Source of the DNA: an uncultured delta proteobacterium
GTDB taxonomy: Bacteria; Myxococcota; Myxococcia; Myxococcales; Anaeromyxobacteraceae
Assembly (NCBI GenBank): GCA_963828255.1
Contig: CAWHDZ010000025.1
Span: 64,001 to 128,000, forward strand
Direction of reading: 5' to 3'
DNA length: 64,000 bases
Position numbers and translations under genes: made by a program. A model generated the notes under the pieces. The model was given only the letters and a program-made list of their open reading frames with translations, was not told the DNA's origin and ran no database searches. Shown here one piece after another: positions 21,968 to 31,198 of the stretch; the first letter of the stretch is position 1; each line of letters opens with the position of its first letter.

Positions 21968-23563
21968 GTGTCGGAGCTCTTCGTGGTCAACGGAATATGC
22001 GGGGGGACGGTCTTCTTCCTCCCCGACGTTCCCACCGTTCTCGGACGCTCCGCCGAGTGCCAGGTCCAGATCGCCGACCCCTGGATCTCCAGCATGCACG
22101 CCATGTTCGAGAAGCGCGGGAACGAGCTCTGGCTCGTGGACCTCGAGAGCCGCAACGGGACCTGGGTGAACGAGCACAAGGTCCGGGAGGCCCCGCTCTC
22201 CCCGGGCTACCGGCTCCGCTTCGGCAAGACCGAGGTCGAGCTGCGCGAGGGGCTCACCCCCCGTCCGCTCCAGCCGCTCCTCGCCGAGACCGGCACCATC
22301 GTCCGCTACCTGGCCGACATGCAGGCCGAGTCGCGGGAAGCCCAGCAGCCCGACCTGCCGTCGAAGCGCGACACCGACCCGAGCTCGCGGCGCATCACCG
22401 GCCGGGGCCAGGGGTCGAGACGGCAGATCGCCATCGTGAACGACATCGGACGGGCGCTCATCGACGCCCCCGACCTCGACGCCACGCTGTCCCGGATCCT
22501 CCACACCGTGGCCAGCGCGGTCCGCGCCGAGCGCTCCACGCTGCTCCTCATGGACGAGTCGGGGCACATGCAGCCCCGCGCCACCGAGCCGCCCGGCTCC
22601 CCGCCCCGCATCTCGGAGACGGTGGTCACCGCGGCCGCCAAGGGGCGCGCCGGCCTGCTCACCATCGACGCCCAGCAGGACCTGCGCTTCACCGGCAGCA
22701 AATCGGTGATCGTGCAGGGGATCCGCTCCTGCCTCTGCGTCCCGGTCTGGGCCGACAACCGGATCCTCGGGATGCTGGTCATGGACCGCAGCTTCGTGGA
22801 TCCCTTCACCGCCGACGACCTCGAGCTCACCACCCTGGTGGGCTACCAGGCGGCGCTGGCCATCGAGCGGTCCCGCTTCCTGGCCGGGGTGGCGGAGGAG
22901 GAGGAGCAGCGGCGCAGCCTGGCCCGCCACTTCTCCCGCGACGTGGGGACGCTGGTGGTGGCCAAGGAGCAGGGCGGCGACGATCCGCTCGAGCCCCAGG
23001 TGCGCGACGACGTCACCGTGCTCTTCGCCGACGTGCAGGGGATCTCCGGGCTGCTCGGACGGCTCCCGCCCCGGGACCTCGCGTCGCTCCTCGGCGACTT
23101 CTACCAGGCCATGTCGGAGGCGATCTTCGAGCAGCAGGGAACCCTCGACAAGTTCGTCGGCGACGCGGTGCTGGCGGTGTTCGGCGCTCCCATCGCCATG
23201 GCCGACGGGGCCACGCGGGCGCTGCGCTGCGCCTTCCGGATGCTGGAGCTCATCGAGGAGTCGAACCGGGGGCTTCCGGCCGACCGGCGCTTCACCATCC
23301 GCGTGGGCGTGAACACCGGGACCGTCGTCGCCGGCAACTTCGGGACGCCGGAGCGCACCGAGTACACCGTGCTCGGCGACACGGTGAGCGTGGCGGCGCG
23401 GCTCGAGGCCATGGCCGCCCCCGGGACGGTCTACGTGGGCCGGGAGACGGCGCGGCAGGCGGCCGCCACCTTCTCCTTCCAGGACCTCGGCCGGCGCGTG
23501 CCCCGGGGCGTCGCCCCTCCCGTGGACGTGCTCCAGGCGGTGGGACCCATCGAATGCAACTGA
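21968..23563 (+). CDS. FHA-GAF-class III adenylate cyclase
   Basis: FHA (LGRS, SSMHA, SRNGT), GAF (SCLCVPV, PFTADDL), cyclase (LFADV, DKFVGD, GDTVSVAARLE). Confidence 0.9.
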   Translation: MSELFVVNGICGGTVFFLPDVPTVLGRSAECQVQIADPWISSMHAMFEKRGNELWLVDLESRNGTWVNEHKVREAPLSPGYRLRFGKTEVELREGLTPRPLQPLLAETGTIVRYLADMQAESREAQQPDLPSKRDTDPSSRRITGRGQGSRRQIAIVNDIGRALIDAPDLDATLSRILHTVASAVRAERSTLLLMDESGHMQPRATEPPGSPPRISETVVTAAAKGRAGLLTIDAQQDLRFTGSKSVIVQGIRSCLCVPVWADNRILGMLVMDRSFVDPFTADDLELTTLVGYQAALAIERSRFLAGVAEEEEQRRSLARHFSRDVGTLVVAKEQGGDDPLEPQVRDDVTVLFADVQGISGLLGRLPPRDLASLLGDFYQAMSEAIFEQQGTLDKFVGDAVLAVFGAPIAMADGATRALRCAFRMLELIEESNRGLPADRRFTIRVGVNTGTVVAGNFGTPERTEYTVLGDTVSVAARLEAMAAPGTVYVGRETARQAAATFSFQDLGRRVPRGVAPPVDVLQAVGPIECN

Positions 23564-24213
23564 CGGTTCGCGACGCGGCTCGGCTCCTCGGGGTCGGCGA
23601 GCAGGTGCTGGAACGCTGGGTGAGGCGAGGGGAGCTCCCGGCGCAGCTGGTGGACGACCGCTACCGGTTCAACCGCATCGAGCTGCTGGAGTGGGCCGCG
23701 CAGCGCAAGATGCAGGTCTCCTCCGAGATCCTGGAGGAGCCGGGGCTCGCGCAGCGGGCGTCGATGCCGATCGTGCACGCGGTGCGGGCCGGAGGGATCC
23801 ACCGTGGGCTCCCCGGAGGCGGGAAGGAGAACCTGCTCCGGGCCATGACGGACAGGATCCCCGCCCCTCCCGGCTTCGACCGGGAGTTCCTCTACCAGAT
23901 GGTGCTGGCCCGGGAGCACCTGGGCTCCACCTCGCTCGGCAACGGCATCGCCATCCCGCACCCGCGCGAGCCCATCGTGCTGCGCCTGGACCAGCCGGCG
24001 GTGGCCGTCTTCTTCCCCGACGCACCGGTGGACTTCGGCGACGTGACGCCGGTCCACACCATCTGCCTGGTCGTCAGCCCCTCCACCCGCGCGCACCTCC
24101 ACGCGCTGGCCTCGCTGGCGACGGCGCTGCGCGACCCGGAGGTCGCGGCGAAGCTCGCCGCGCGTGCGCCCGACGCGGAGATCCTGGGAGCCATCGAGCG
24201 GGTGGGGCAGTGA
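23554..24213 (+). CDS. Excisionase-type HTH fused to PTS EIIA (Ntr/fructose family)
   Basis: LTVRDAARLLGV...WVRRGELPA...YRF; REHLGSTSLGNGIAIPHPR with the phospho-His retained. Confidence 0.88.
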   Translation: MQLTVRDAARLLGVGEQVLERWVRRGELPAQLVDDRYRFNRIELLEWAAQRKMQVSSEILEEPGLAQRASMPIVHAVRAGGIHRGLPGGGKENLLRAMTDRIPAPPGFDREFLYQMVLAREHLGSTSLGNGIAIPHPREPIVLRLDQPAVAVFFPDAPVDFGDVTPVHTICLVVSPSTRAHLHALASLATALRDPEVAAKLAARAPDAEILGAIERVGQ

Positions 24214-26200
24214 GCCCGTACCTGGCGGCGCTCGCCATCCTGGCCGCCGGAGCCCTGGCCGGCCCGGTCCTGTCCCGCCGCCCGGCGCTCGCGCTCCGGG
24301 TGGGCTCGGCCGCCTCCGTGGCGGGGAGCCTCGTCGGCCTGGCCTCGGTCCTGCCCTTCCTCCTCGGCGCCCCCCCGGCCGACCTGGTCCTCCCCTGGTC
24401 GGAGCCGCTCGGCTCCTTCCACCTCCGGCTCGACCCCCTCTCCGCCTTCTTCCAGGCCGCCCTGTTCGCGGTGGCCGTCCCCGCCTCGGCCTTCGGCGCC
24501 GGGTACATGAAGCCGTGCGTGGGGCGGCGGCCCATGGGCGGGTTCGTCCTCGCCTACGGCCTCCTGCTCGTCTCCATCTCGCTGGTCCTCTCCGCCGCCG
24601 ACGGGGTGCTCTTCCTGGTGGCCTGGGAGGTGATGACCATCGCCTCCTTCGTGCTCGTCACCTTCGACGACGAGAGACTTCAAGTTCGCCGCGCCGGCTT
24701 CGTCTTCCTGGTGGCCTCCCACGTGGGCACGGCCTTCCTCTTCGCCCTGTTCCTCCTGCTGGGGCGGGAGGCCGGCGGCTTCGACTTCGTCCGCTTCGAG
24801 GCGCTGCGGGGGGCGGGCGCGGCGGCCCCCTGGCTCCTCTTCACCCTCGGTCTCGTGGGCTTCGGGACCAAGGCCGGCCTGGTGCCGCTGCACGTCTGGC
24901 TTCCCGAGGCCCACCCGGCAGCGCCGAGCCACGTCTCGGCCCTCCTCTCCGGGGTGATGATCAAGACCGGCGTGTACGGGCTCCTGCGCCTGCTCGGCTT
25001 CCTCCCCCCCTCGGCGTGGGGTACGGGCTCCTGCTCGGCGCCATCGGCCTGGGCAGCGCGCTGGTGGCCATCATCCTCACCCTCGGTCAAGGGGATCTCA
25101 AGAGGGCGCTGGCCTACTCCAGCGTCGAGAACGTGGGGCTCGTGGTCCTGGGGGTGGGGCTGGCCGTGGCCGCCGGGGCCGCCGGGCACCCGGTGGTGGC
25201 GGCGCTGGGGATGGGCGGCGCGCTCTTCCACGTCTGGAACCACGCCCTCATGAAGGGGCTCGCCTTCCTGGGGGCGGGCACGCTGGTCCACGCCGCCCAC
25301 TCGCAGGATCTCGAGAGGATGGGCGGCCTGCTGGCGCGACTCCCGGTGACCGGGGCCCTCCTCCTGGTGGGGCTCGGCGCCCTGGCCGCCCTGCCGCCGC
25401 TCTCCGGGTTCGCCTCCAAGTGGCTGCTGTACCTGGGGCTCCTGCGCGCCGGGGCGGCCTCGGCCTCGGCAGCCTCGGCGCTGGTGGCGTACCTGACGGT
25501 GGCGTCCCTGGCGCTCGTGGGGGCCATCGCGGCCATCTCCTTCACGCGCATCGCCGGCGTGGCGCTGCTGGGGGAGCCGCGCAGCCCGGAGGCCGCGGCC
25601 GCGCGGGAGGTGGGGCCATCCGGGTGGATGCCGCTCGCGCTGCTGGCGGCGGGGTGCCTGCTCTTCGGCCTCTTCCCGGCGCTGCCGCTGCGGATGGTGA
25701 CGCCGGTGGCGGTGCAGCTGGGGATGGGAGAGGCGGCGCGGGTGCTCGGGCCGGCCGGGGAGATGGGGGCGGCGCCGAGGGTGGTGGTGGGCGTCCTGAT
25801 CGCGGTCATGGGCGGGCTCATCGCATTGCGACGGCGCCTGGGAGGCGGCGCCGTCGCTGTGACCTGGGGCTGCGGCTTCACGGCCCCCACCGCGCGGATG
25901 GAGTACACGGCCTCCTCCTACGCGCAGGCCTTCCTCACCGCGCTCGTCCCGCGGTCGCTTCGACCGCGCGTGCACCTGCAGCCCCCCCGCGGCGTCTTCC
26001 CCGGGACGGGCGCCTTCCGCACCGACTCCCAGGATCCCGCCCGCACCCGCCTCTTCGACCCCCTCTTCCGCGTCCTGGGTGACCGGATGAGCCGGATGCG
26101 CCGTTTCCAGGCCGGGCGGCTCAACCTCCAGCTCCTCTACACGCTGGTCACGCTGGTGGCGCTGCTCGCCATGCTGGCCCTGTGGGGGCGTCTCCCGTGA
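24210..26200 (+). CDS. ehrA: HyfB-like antiporter subunit (EhrA-1), frameshifted at the C7 run 25004-25010
   Basis: AWEVMT and KAGLVPLHVWLPEAHPAAPSHVSALLSG in frame 1; DLKRALAYSSVENVG and NHALMKG in frame 2. Confidence 0.82.
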
Positions 26201-28197
26201 CCGGCGCGCTCGCCCTGGCCGCTGTCGTGCTCGCCGCGTCGAGCGGCCTCCTCGGCCTCGCGCTGCGGGATCGCCCGGACCTGGGCCAGCGGCTCTCGGT
26301 GGGCGCTCTCTGCCTCGCCGCGGCGCTGGGGATCGCCGCGGCCGTCCCGGTGCTGGCCGGCTCCCCGGCCTTCGTGATCCACCTCTCCTGGAACCAGCCC
26401 CACGCCTCCCTCGCCTTCCGGCTCGACGCCCTCTCGGCCCTCTTCCTCCTGCCCATCCTCTGCGTCCCGGCGCTGGGCGCGGTCTTCGGGATCGGCTACT
26501 GGCCCGCCGAGGAGCACGGTTCACGTGCGGTGAAGTTACAGCTCTGGTACGGCGGGGTCACCGGCTCCATGGCGCTCGTCGTCCTGGCCGACAACGCCAT
26601 GCTCTTCATCCTGGCCTGGGAGGTGATGGCGGTCTGTGGATTCTTCCTGGTCCGCGGCGAGCCCGACCGGAAGGACGCGCAGAAGGCCTCCTGGGTCTAC
26701 CTGGCCGCCGCCCACGTGGGCACCTTCGCCATCCTCGCCTTCTTCGCCTCGGTGGGAAGCGCCCGGGGCAGCTTCGACTTCTCGGCCTGGGGCGGGCTCC
26801 AGGCCGGCGGCGCCGCGGCCTCCTGGCTTGCGCTGCTCGCGCTCCTGGGGTTCGGGCTCAAGGCCGGCCTGGTGCCGCTCCACTTCTGGCTGCCGGGCGC
26901 CCACGCCGCCGCGCCCAGCCACGTCTCGGCGGTGATGTCCGGCCTGGTGCTCAAGACCGGGATCTACGGCCTCTTCCGCACCGCCGGCTTCTTCGAGGCG
27001 CCGCCCGCCTCCTGGGGCGCGGTCCTCATGGTTCTGGGCGGGGTCTCCGGCGTGCTGGGCGTGGCGCTGGCGCTCGCCCAGCACGACCTCAAGCGGCTTC
27101 TCGCCTACCACTCGGTGGAGAACATCGGGATCATCACCATGGGGCTGGGGCTGGCGATGCTGGGGCGGTCCCGCGGGGAGCCGGGGCTCGTGCTGCTCGG
27201 CTTCGCCGGCGCGGCCCTCCACGTGGTGAACCACGCGCTCTTCAAGTCGCTGCTCTTCCTGGGAGCGGGGTCGGTGCAGCACGCCACCGGGACGCGCGAC
27301 ATCGAGCGGCTGGGCGGGCTCTCCCGCGCCATGCCCTGGACCGCCGGGCTCTTCCTGGTCGGCGCCGTCGCCATCAGCGGACTCCCGCCGCTCAACGGCT
27401 TCGTCTCGGAGTGGTTCGTGGCCCTGGGCGCGGTGTCGGCCCTCGAGCTGGCTCCGCTCGACCGGGCATCCTTCGCGGTGCTGGTGGCGCCTGTGCTGGC
27501 GCTCGTCGGCGCGCTGGCGGCGGCCTGCTTCGTGAAGGTGCAGGGGTCGGTCTTTCTGGGGAACCCCCGGACGCAGGAGGCGGTGCGGGCGAAGGAGTCA
27601 CCGCGGGTGATGCTCGTCCCCATGGCGGTGCTGGCGGGGGCGTGCGTGATCATCGGCCTCGTGCCGGCGCTCTTCCTCGCGCCGCTCGCGCGAGGGGCGG
27701 CGGCGTGGTCGGGGATGGATCCCACCAGGCTGGCGGGGCCGGCTGGGGCAGCGAGCGGGACGGCGACGTGGGTGAGCGGGGTGGCGGTGCTGCTCGTGGC
27801 GATCGTCTCCGGTTTGTGGTTCCTGCGCCGCCGGCTCGGCGCCGGCGTTGCTGGGGAAGTCGCCGGGGAGACCTGGGCCTGCGGCTACGCGGCCCCCACC
27901 GCCCGGATGGCCTACACGGGCAGTTCCTTCGCCCAGATCCTGAACCAGGGCTTCCGCTGGGTGCTCTTCCCGCGGGTCCGCTTCGCACCGCCCCGGGGGC
28001 CGTTCCCCACCGGAGCCCGCTTCTCCACCGAGCCCCGCGAGGCGGTTCTCGACCTGGCGCTCCTGCCCGCCGTCCGCGACTACATCTCCGCCACGTCCCG
28101 CGTGCGCGGCCTCATCGCCGGGAGGCTCCACCTCCAGGCCCTGCTCGTGCTCGCCACGCTGGTGGCGCTGCTCGCCTGGAGACTACTCTGGTGGTGA
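26197..28197 (+). CDS. ehrA: HyfB-like antiporter subunit (EhrA-2)
   Basis: KAGLVPLHFWLP, DLKRLLAYHSVENIG, NHALFKSLLF, PPLNGFVSEW. Confidence 0.9.
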   Translation: MTGALALAAVVLAASSGLLGLALRDRPDLGQRLSVGALCLAAALGIAAAVPVLAGSPAFVIHLSWNQPHASLAFRLDALSALFLLPILCVPALGAVFGIGYWPAEEHGSRAVKLQLWYGGVTGSMALVVLADNAMLFILAWEVMAVCGFFLVRGEPDRKDAQKASWVYLAAAHVGTFAILAFFASVGSARGSFDFSAWGGLQAGGAAASWLALLALLGFGLKAGLVPLHFWLPGAHAAAPSHVSAVMSGLVLKTGIYGLFRTAGFFEAPPASWGAVLMVLGGVSGVLGVALALAQHDLKRLLAYHSVENIGIITMGLGLAMLGRSRGEPGLVLLGFAGAALHVVNHALFKSLLFLGAGSVQHATGTRDIERLGGLSRAMPWTAGLFLVGAVAISGLPPLNGFVSEWFVALGAVSALELAPLDRASFAVLVAPVLALVGALAAACFVKVQGSVFLGNPRTQEAVRAKESPRVMLVPMAVLAGACVIIGLVPALFLAPLARGAAAWSGMDPTRLAGPAGAASGTATWVSGVAVLLVAIVSGLWFLRRRLGAGVAGEVAGETWACGYAAPTARMAYTGSSFAQILNQGFRWVLFPRVRFAPPRGPFPTGARFSTEPREAVLDLALLPAVRDYISATSRVRGLIAGRLHLQALLVLATLVALLAWRLLWW

Positions 28198-28198
28198 C

Positions 28199-29110
28199 AT
28201 GATCCTGCGCGCGCTCTTCCAGATCGGGATCCTCCTCGTCCTGCCCCCGCTCCTCCTCGGGGTGGTGAACCGGGTGAAGGCCATCGTCGCCGGCCGGCAG
28301 GGGCCCCCGCTGCTCCAGCTCTACTTCGACGTCTGGAAGCTGCTCCAGAAGGGTGCGGTCTACAGCCGGACGACGACCTGGGTGTTCCGGGCCGGCCCCA
28401 TCGTCGGGCTCGCCGCCGTGGCCACGGCCGGGACCATGCTCCCGGTGGCCGGCCAGCCGGCCCTCTTCTCCTTCGCCGGCGACTTCGTCCTCTTCGCCTA
28501 CCTGCTCGCGCTGGCCCGCTTCGCCACCGCGCTCGCCGCGCTCGACACCGGCTCGTCCTTCGAGGGCATGGGGGCGGCCCGCGAGGTCTCCTTCGCCAGC
28601 ATGGCCGAGCCGGCGCTCTTCCTGGTGCTGGTGGTGATGGCCCGGGCCACCGGCTCCCTGTCGCTCTCCGGGATGCTCGGGCCGGCGCTCGCTCCGGCCT
28701 GGCGCGCCGCCGCCCCGGCCCTGCTCCTCTCCGCCATCGCCCTCTTCGTTGTGGCGCTGGCCGAGAACTCCCGCATCCCGGTGGACGACCCCAACACCCA
28801 CCTCGAGCTGACCATGATCCACGAGGTCATGGTGCTCGACCACTCCGGCCCCGACCTGGCCTTCATCCTCTACGGCGCCTCGCTCAAGTTCTTCCTCTTC
28901 GGCGCCCTCTTCGTGCGGCTGGTCGCCGACGTGGGGATCGCCGGGCTCTGGGCCGCCGAGGCGGTCTTCGTGGTCGAGCTCGTCGGCTTCGCCATCCTGG
29001 TCGGCGTGGTCGAGTCGGTCATGGCGCGCCTCCGGCTCACCCGGGTCCCGCAGATGCTGGTGGGCGCCTCGGTCCTCTCGATCTTCGCGCTGGTCCTTCT
29101 CCTGAGGTGA
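28199..29110 (+). CDS. ehrB: HyfC/NuoH-like membrane subunit (EhrB)
   Basis: GRQGPPLLQ, AENSRIPVDDPNTHLELTMIHE. Confidence 0.9.
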   Translation: MILRALFQIGILLVLPPLLLGVVNRVKAIVAGRQGPPLLQLYFDVWKLLQKGAVYSRTTTWVFRAGPIVGLAAVATAGTMLPVAGQPALFSFAGDFVLFAYLLALARFATALAALDTGSSFEGMGAAREVSFASMAEPALFLVLVVMARATGSLSLSGMLGPALAPAWRAAAPALLLSAIALFVVALAENSRIPVDDPNTHLELTMIHEVMVLDHSGPDLAFILYGASLKFFLFGALFVRLVADVGIAGLWAAEAVFVVELVGFAILVGVVESVMARLRLTRVPQMLVGASVLSIFALVLLLR

Positions 29111-29760
29111 ACGTGGGCGCCTGGACCGACATGGCCTTCATCCTGGTGGTGGTCCTCGACCTCTTCCTGCTGGCCTCGAGCCGGCTGGGGGCCGCCATCC
29201 GCGCCGTGGCGCTGCAGGGGGCGCTGCTCTCCCTGCTGGCGCTCCTGCTCACCGGCTCCGGCCACAGCGTCGGCCACATGCTGGTGGTCGCCGGCGGCGC
29301 GCTGGCCATCAAGGCCTTCCTCATTCCCTGGCTCATGTTCCGGGCCATCCGCGAGATGACCATCCGGCGCGAGATGGAGCCCTTGGTGGGCTACGTACCG
29401 TCCATGATCCTGGGCGGCGTGGGCGTGGTGCTCTCCTTCGCCTTCTCCCGCGGGCTCCCGCTGCCCACCAGCGAGATGCACCCCTTCCTGGTGCCCACCG
29501 CGCTGGCCACGGTGTGGACCGGCCTGCTGCTCGTGGTGGGCCGGCGCAAGGCGGTCACCCAGGTGCTGGGCTTCCTGGTGCTCGAGAACGGGGTCTTCGT
29601 CTTCGGGCTGCTGCTCACCGACTTCATGCCGGTGATGGTGGAGGCGGGCGTGCTGCTCGACCTGCTGGCCGCGGTCTTCGTGATGGGCATCGTCATGTTC
29701 CAGATCAACCGGGAGTTCGCCTCCCTCGACACCGACGCGCTCTCGTCGCTCAAGGACTAG
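29107..29760 (+). CDS. ehrC: HyfE-like membrane subunit (EhrC)
   Basis: IKAFLIP, QVLGFLVLENG; multi-TM. Confidence 0.88.
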   Translation: MNVGAWTDMAFILVVVLDLFLLASSRLGAAIRAVALQGALLSLLALLLTGSGHSVGHMLVVAGGALAIKAFLIPWLMFRAIREMTIRREMEPLVGYVPSMILGGVGVVLSFAFSRGLPLPTSEMHPFLVPTALATVWTGLLLVVGRRKAVTQVLGFLVLENGVFVFGLLLTDFMPVMVEAGVLLDLLAAVFVMGIVMFQINREFASLDTDALSSLKD

Positions 29761-29766
29761 GACGCG

Positions 29767-31197
29767 ATGATCCTCTTCGTCATCCTGGTCCCTTTCACGC
29801 TTGGTGCGGTGGCCTTCGCCTGGCCCGACAACCGGACCCGCCCGGCCCTGCTGGTCGCAGGCTCGGTCCTGCACGTGCTCGGCATCGCCTCGCTCTGGAT
29901 CCACCCCGAGGGGCCGGTGATGAACGGCTACCTCTTCCTCGACGCCGCCGGGAAGGTGGTCGTCACCACCACGTCGGCCCTCTTCCTGGCCAGCGCCATC
30001 TACGCCCAGGGCTACCTGCGCCACCGCGCCGACCGGGACAACCGGGTCTTCGTGGGCGGGCTCCTCGTCCTGCTCTCCGCCATGACCACGGTGGGGATGG
30101 CCCAGCACCTGGGCGTCCTCTGGGTGGCCATCGAGATCACCACCCTGGCCACCGCGCCGCTCATCTACTTCAACCACAACGCCAGGTCGCTCGAGGCGGC
30201 CTGGAAGTACCTGCTCGTCTCCTCCCTGGGCATCGCGCTGGCGCTCCTCGGGACCTTCTTCCTGGCCCTCTCCGGCGCAGGCCCCGGCGGCCCGAAGTCG
30301 CTGCTCCTCGAGGACCTGATCCGCGCCGGCCCCCAGCTCTCCCAGCCCTGGGTGCGGGCCGCCTTCGTCTTCCTGCTGGTGGGCTATGGCACCAAGATGG
30401 GGCTCGCCCCGCTCCACTCCTGGAAGCCGGACGCCTACGGGGAGGCCCCCGGGTTGCTGGGCGCGCTGCTCGCCGGGGGCATCACCAACTTCGCCTTCCT
30501 CTCGGTGGTTCGGGTGCTCCAGGTCACCACCGCCGCCGGCGAGGGGGCCTTCGCCCGCGACGCCCTGCTCGGCCTCGGGCTCCTCTCCATGGCGCTGGCC
30601 GCGGTCTTCATGGCGGGGCAGCGGGACTTCAAGCGGATGCTGGCCTACTCCAGCGTGGAGCACATGGGCATCCTGGCCGTTGCGCTGGGGCTGGGCGGCT
30701 CGGCCGTGACCGGCGCCTTCTACCACGTGCTCAACAACGGGCTCGCCAAGGGGGTCCTCTTTTTGACCGCCGGGAACATCCACCGCGCGTACGGGTCGAA
30801 GCGGATCGACGAGGTGCGCGGCGCGTCCCGCCGCCTGCCCATCTCCGGGCCGCTCTTCCTGGCCGGATTCCTGGCGGTGACCGGGACCCCGCCCTTCAGC
30901 CCGTTCTGGAGCGAGTTCATGATCCTGAACGGCGCCATCGCGTCCGGGCGCTACGTGGTGGCCGGCCTCTTCCTCCTCTTCCTGGCGGTGATCTTCATCG
31001 GCATGGGGGCCACGGTGCTCCACGTGGTGCAGGGGAGCGACGAGGGGGCGCCGGAGGTGCCCGGCTACCGGGAGAGCTGGCTCACCGCCGGGCCGCCGCT
31101 CGTCCTCATGCTGGCCGTGCTGGCGCTCGGCCTCTGGCTGCCCCGGCCGCTCCTGGGGCTCTTCACGGCCGCGGCGCGGCTCTTGACGGGGGCCTGA
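29767..31197 (+). CDS. ehrD: HyfF-like antiporter subunit (EhrD)
   Basis: WVAIEITT, EAAWKY, GYGTKMGLAPLHSWKPDAY, KRMLAYSSVEHMG. Confidence 0.9.
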   Translation: MILFVILVPFTLGAVAFAWPDNRTRPALLVAGSVLHVLGIASLWIHPEGPVMNGYLFLDAAGKVVVTTTSALFLASAIYAQGYLRHRADRDNRVFVGGLLVLLSAMTTVGMAQHLGVLWVAIEITTLATAPLIYFNHNARSLEAAWKYLLVSSLGIALALLGTFFLALSGAGPGGPKSLLLEDLIRAGPQLSQPWVRAAFVFLLVGYGTKMGLAPLHSWKPDAYGEAPGLLGALLAGGITNFAFLSVVRVLQVTTAAGEGAFARDALLGLGLLSMALAAVFMAGQRDFKRMLAYSSVEHMGILAVALGLGGSAVTGAFYHVLNNGLAKGVLFLTAGNIHRAYGSKRIDEVRGASRRLPISGPLFLAGFLAVTGTPPFSPFWSEFMILNGAIASGRYVVAGLFLLFLAVIFIGMGATVLHVVQGSDEGAPEVPGYRESWLTAGPPLVLMLAVLALGLWLPRPLLGLFTAAARLLTGA

Positions 31198-31198
31198 C

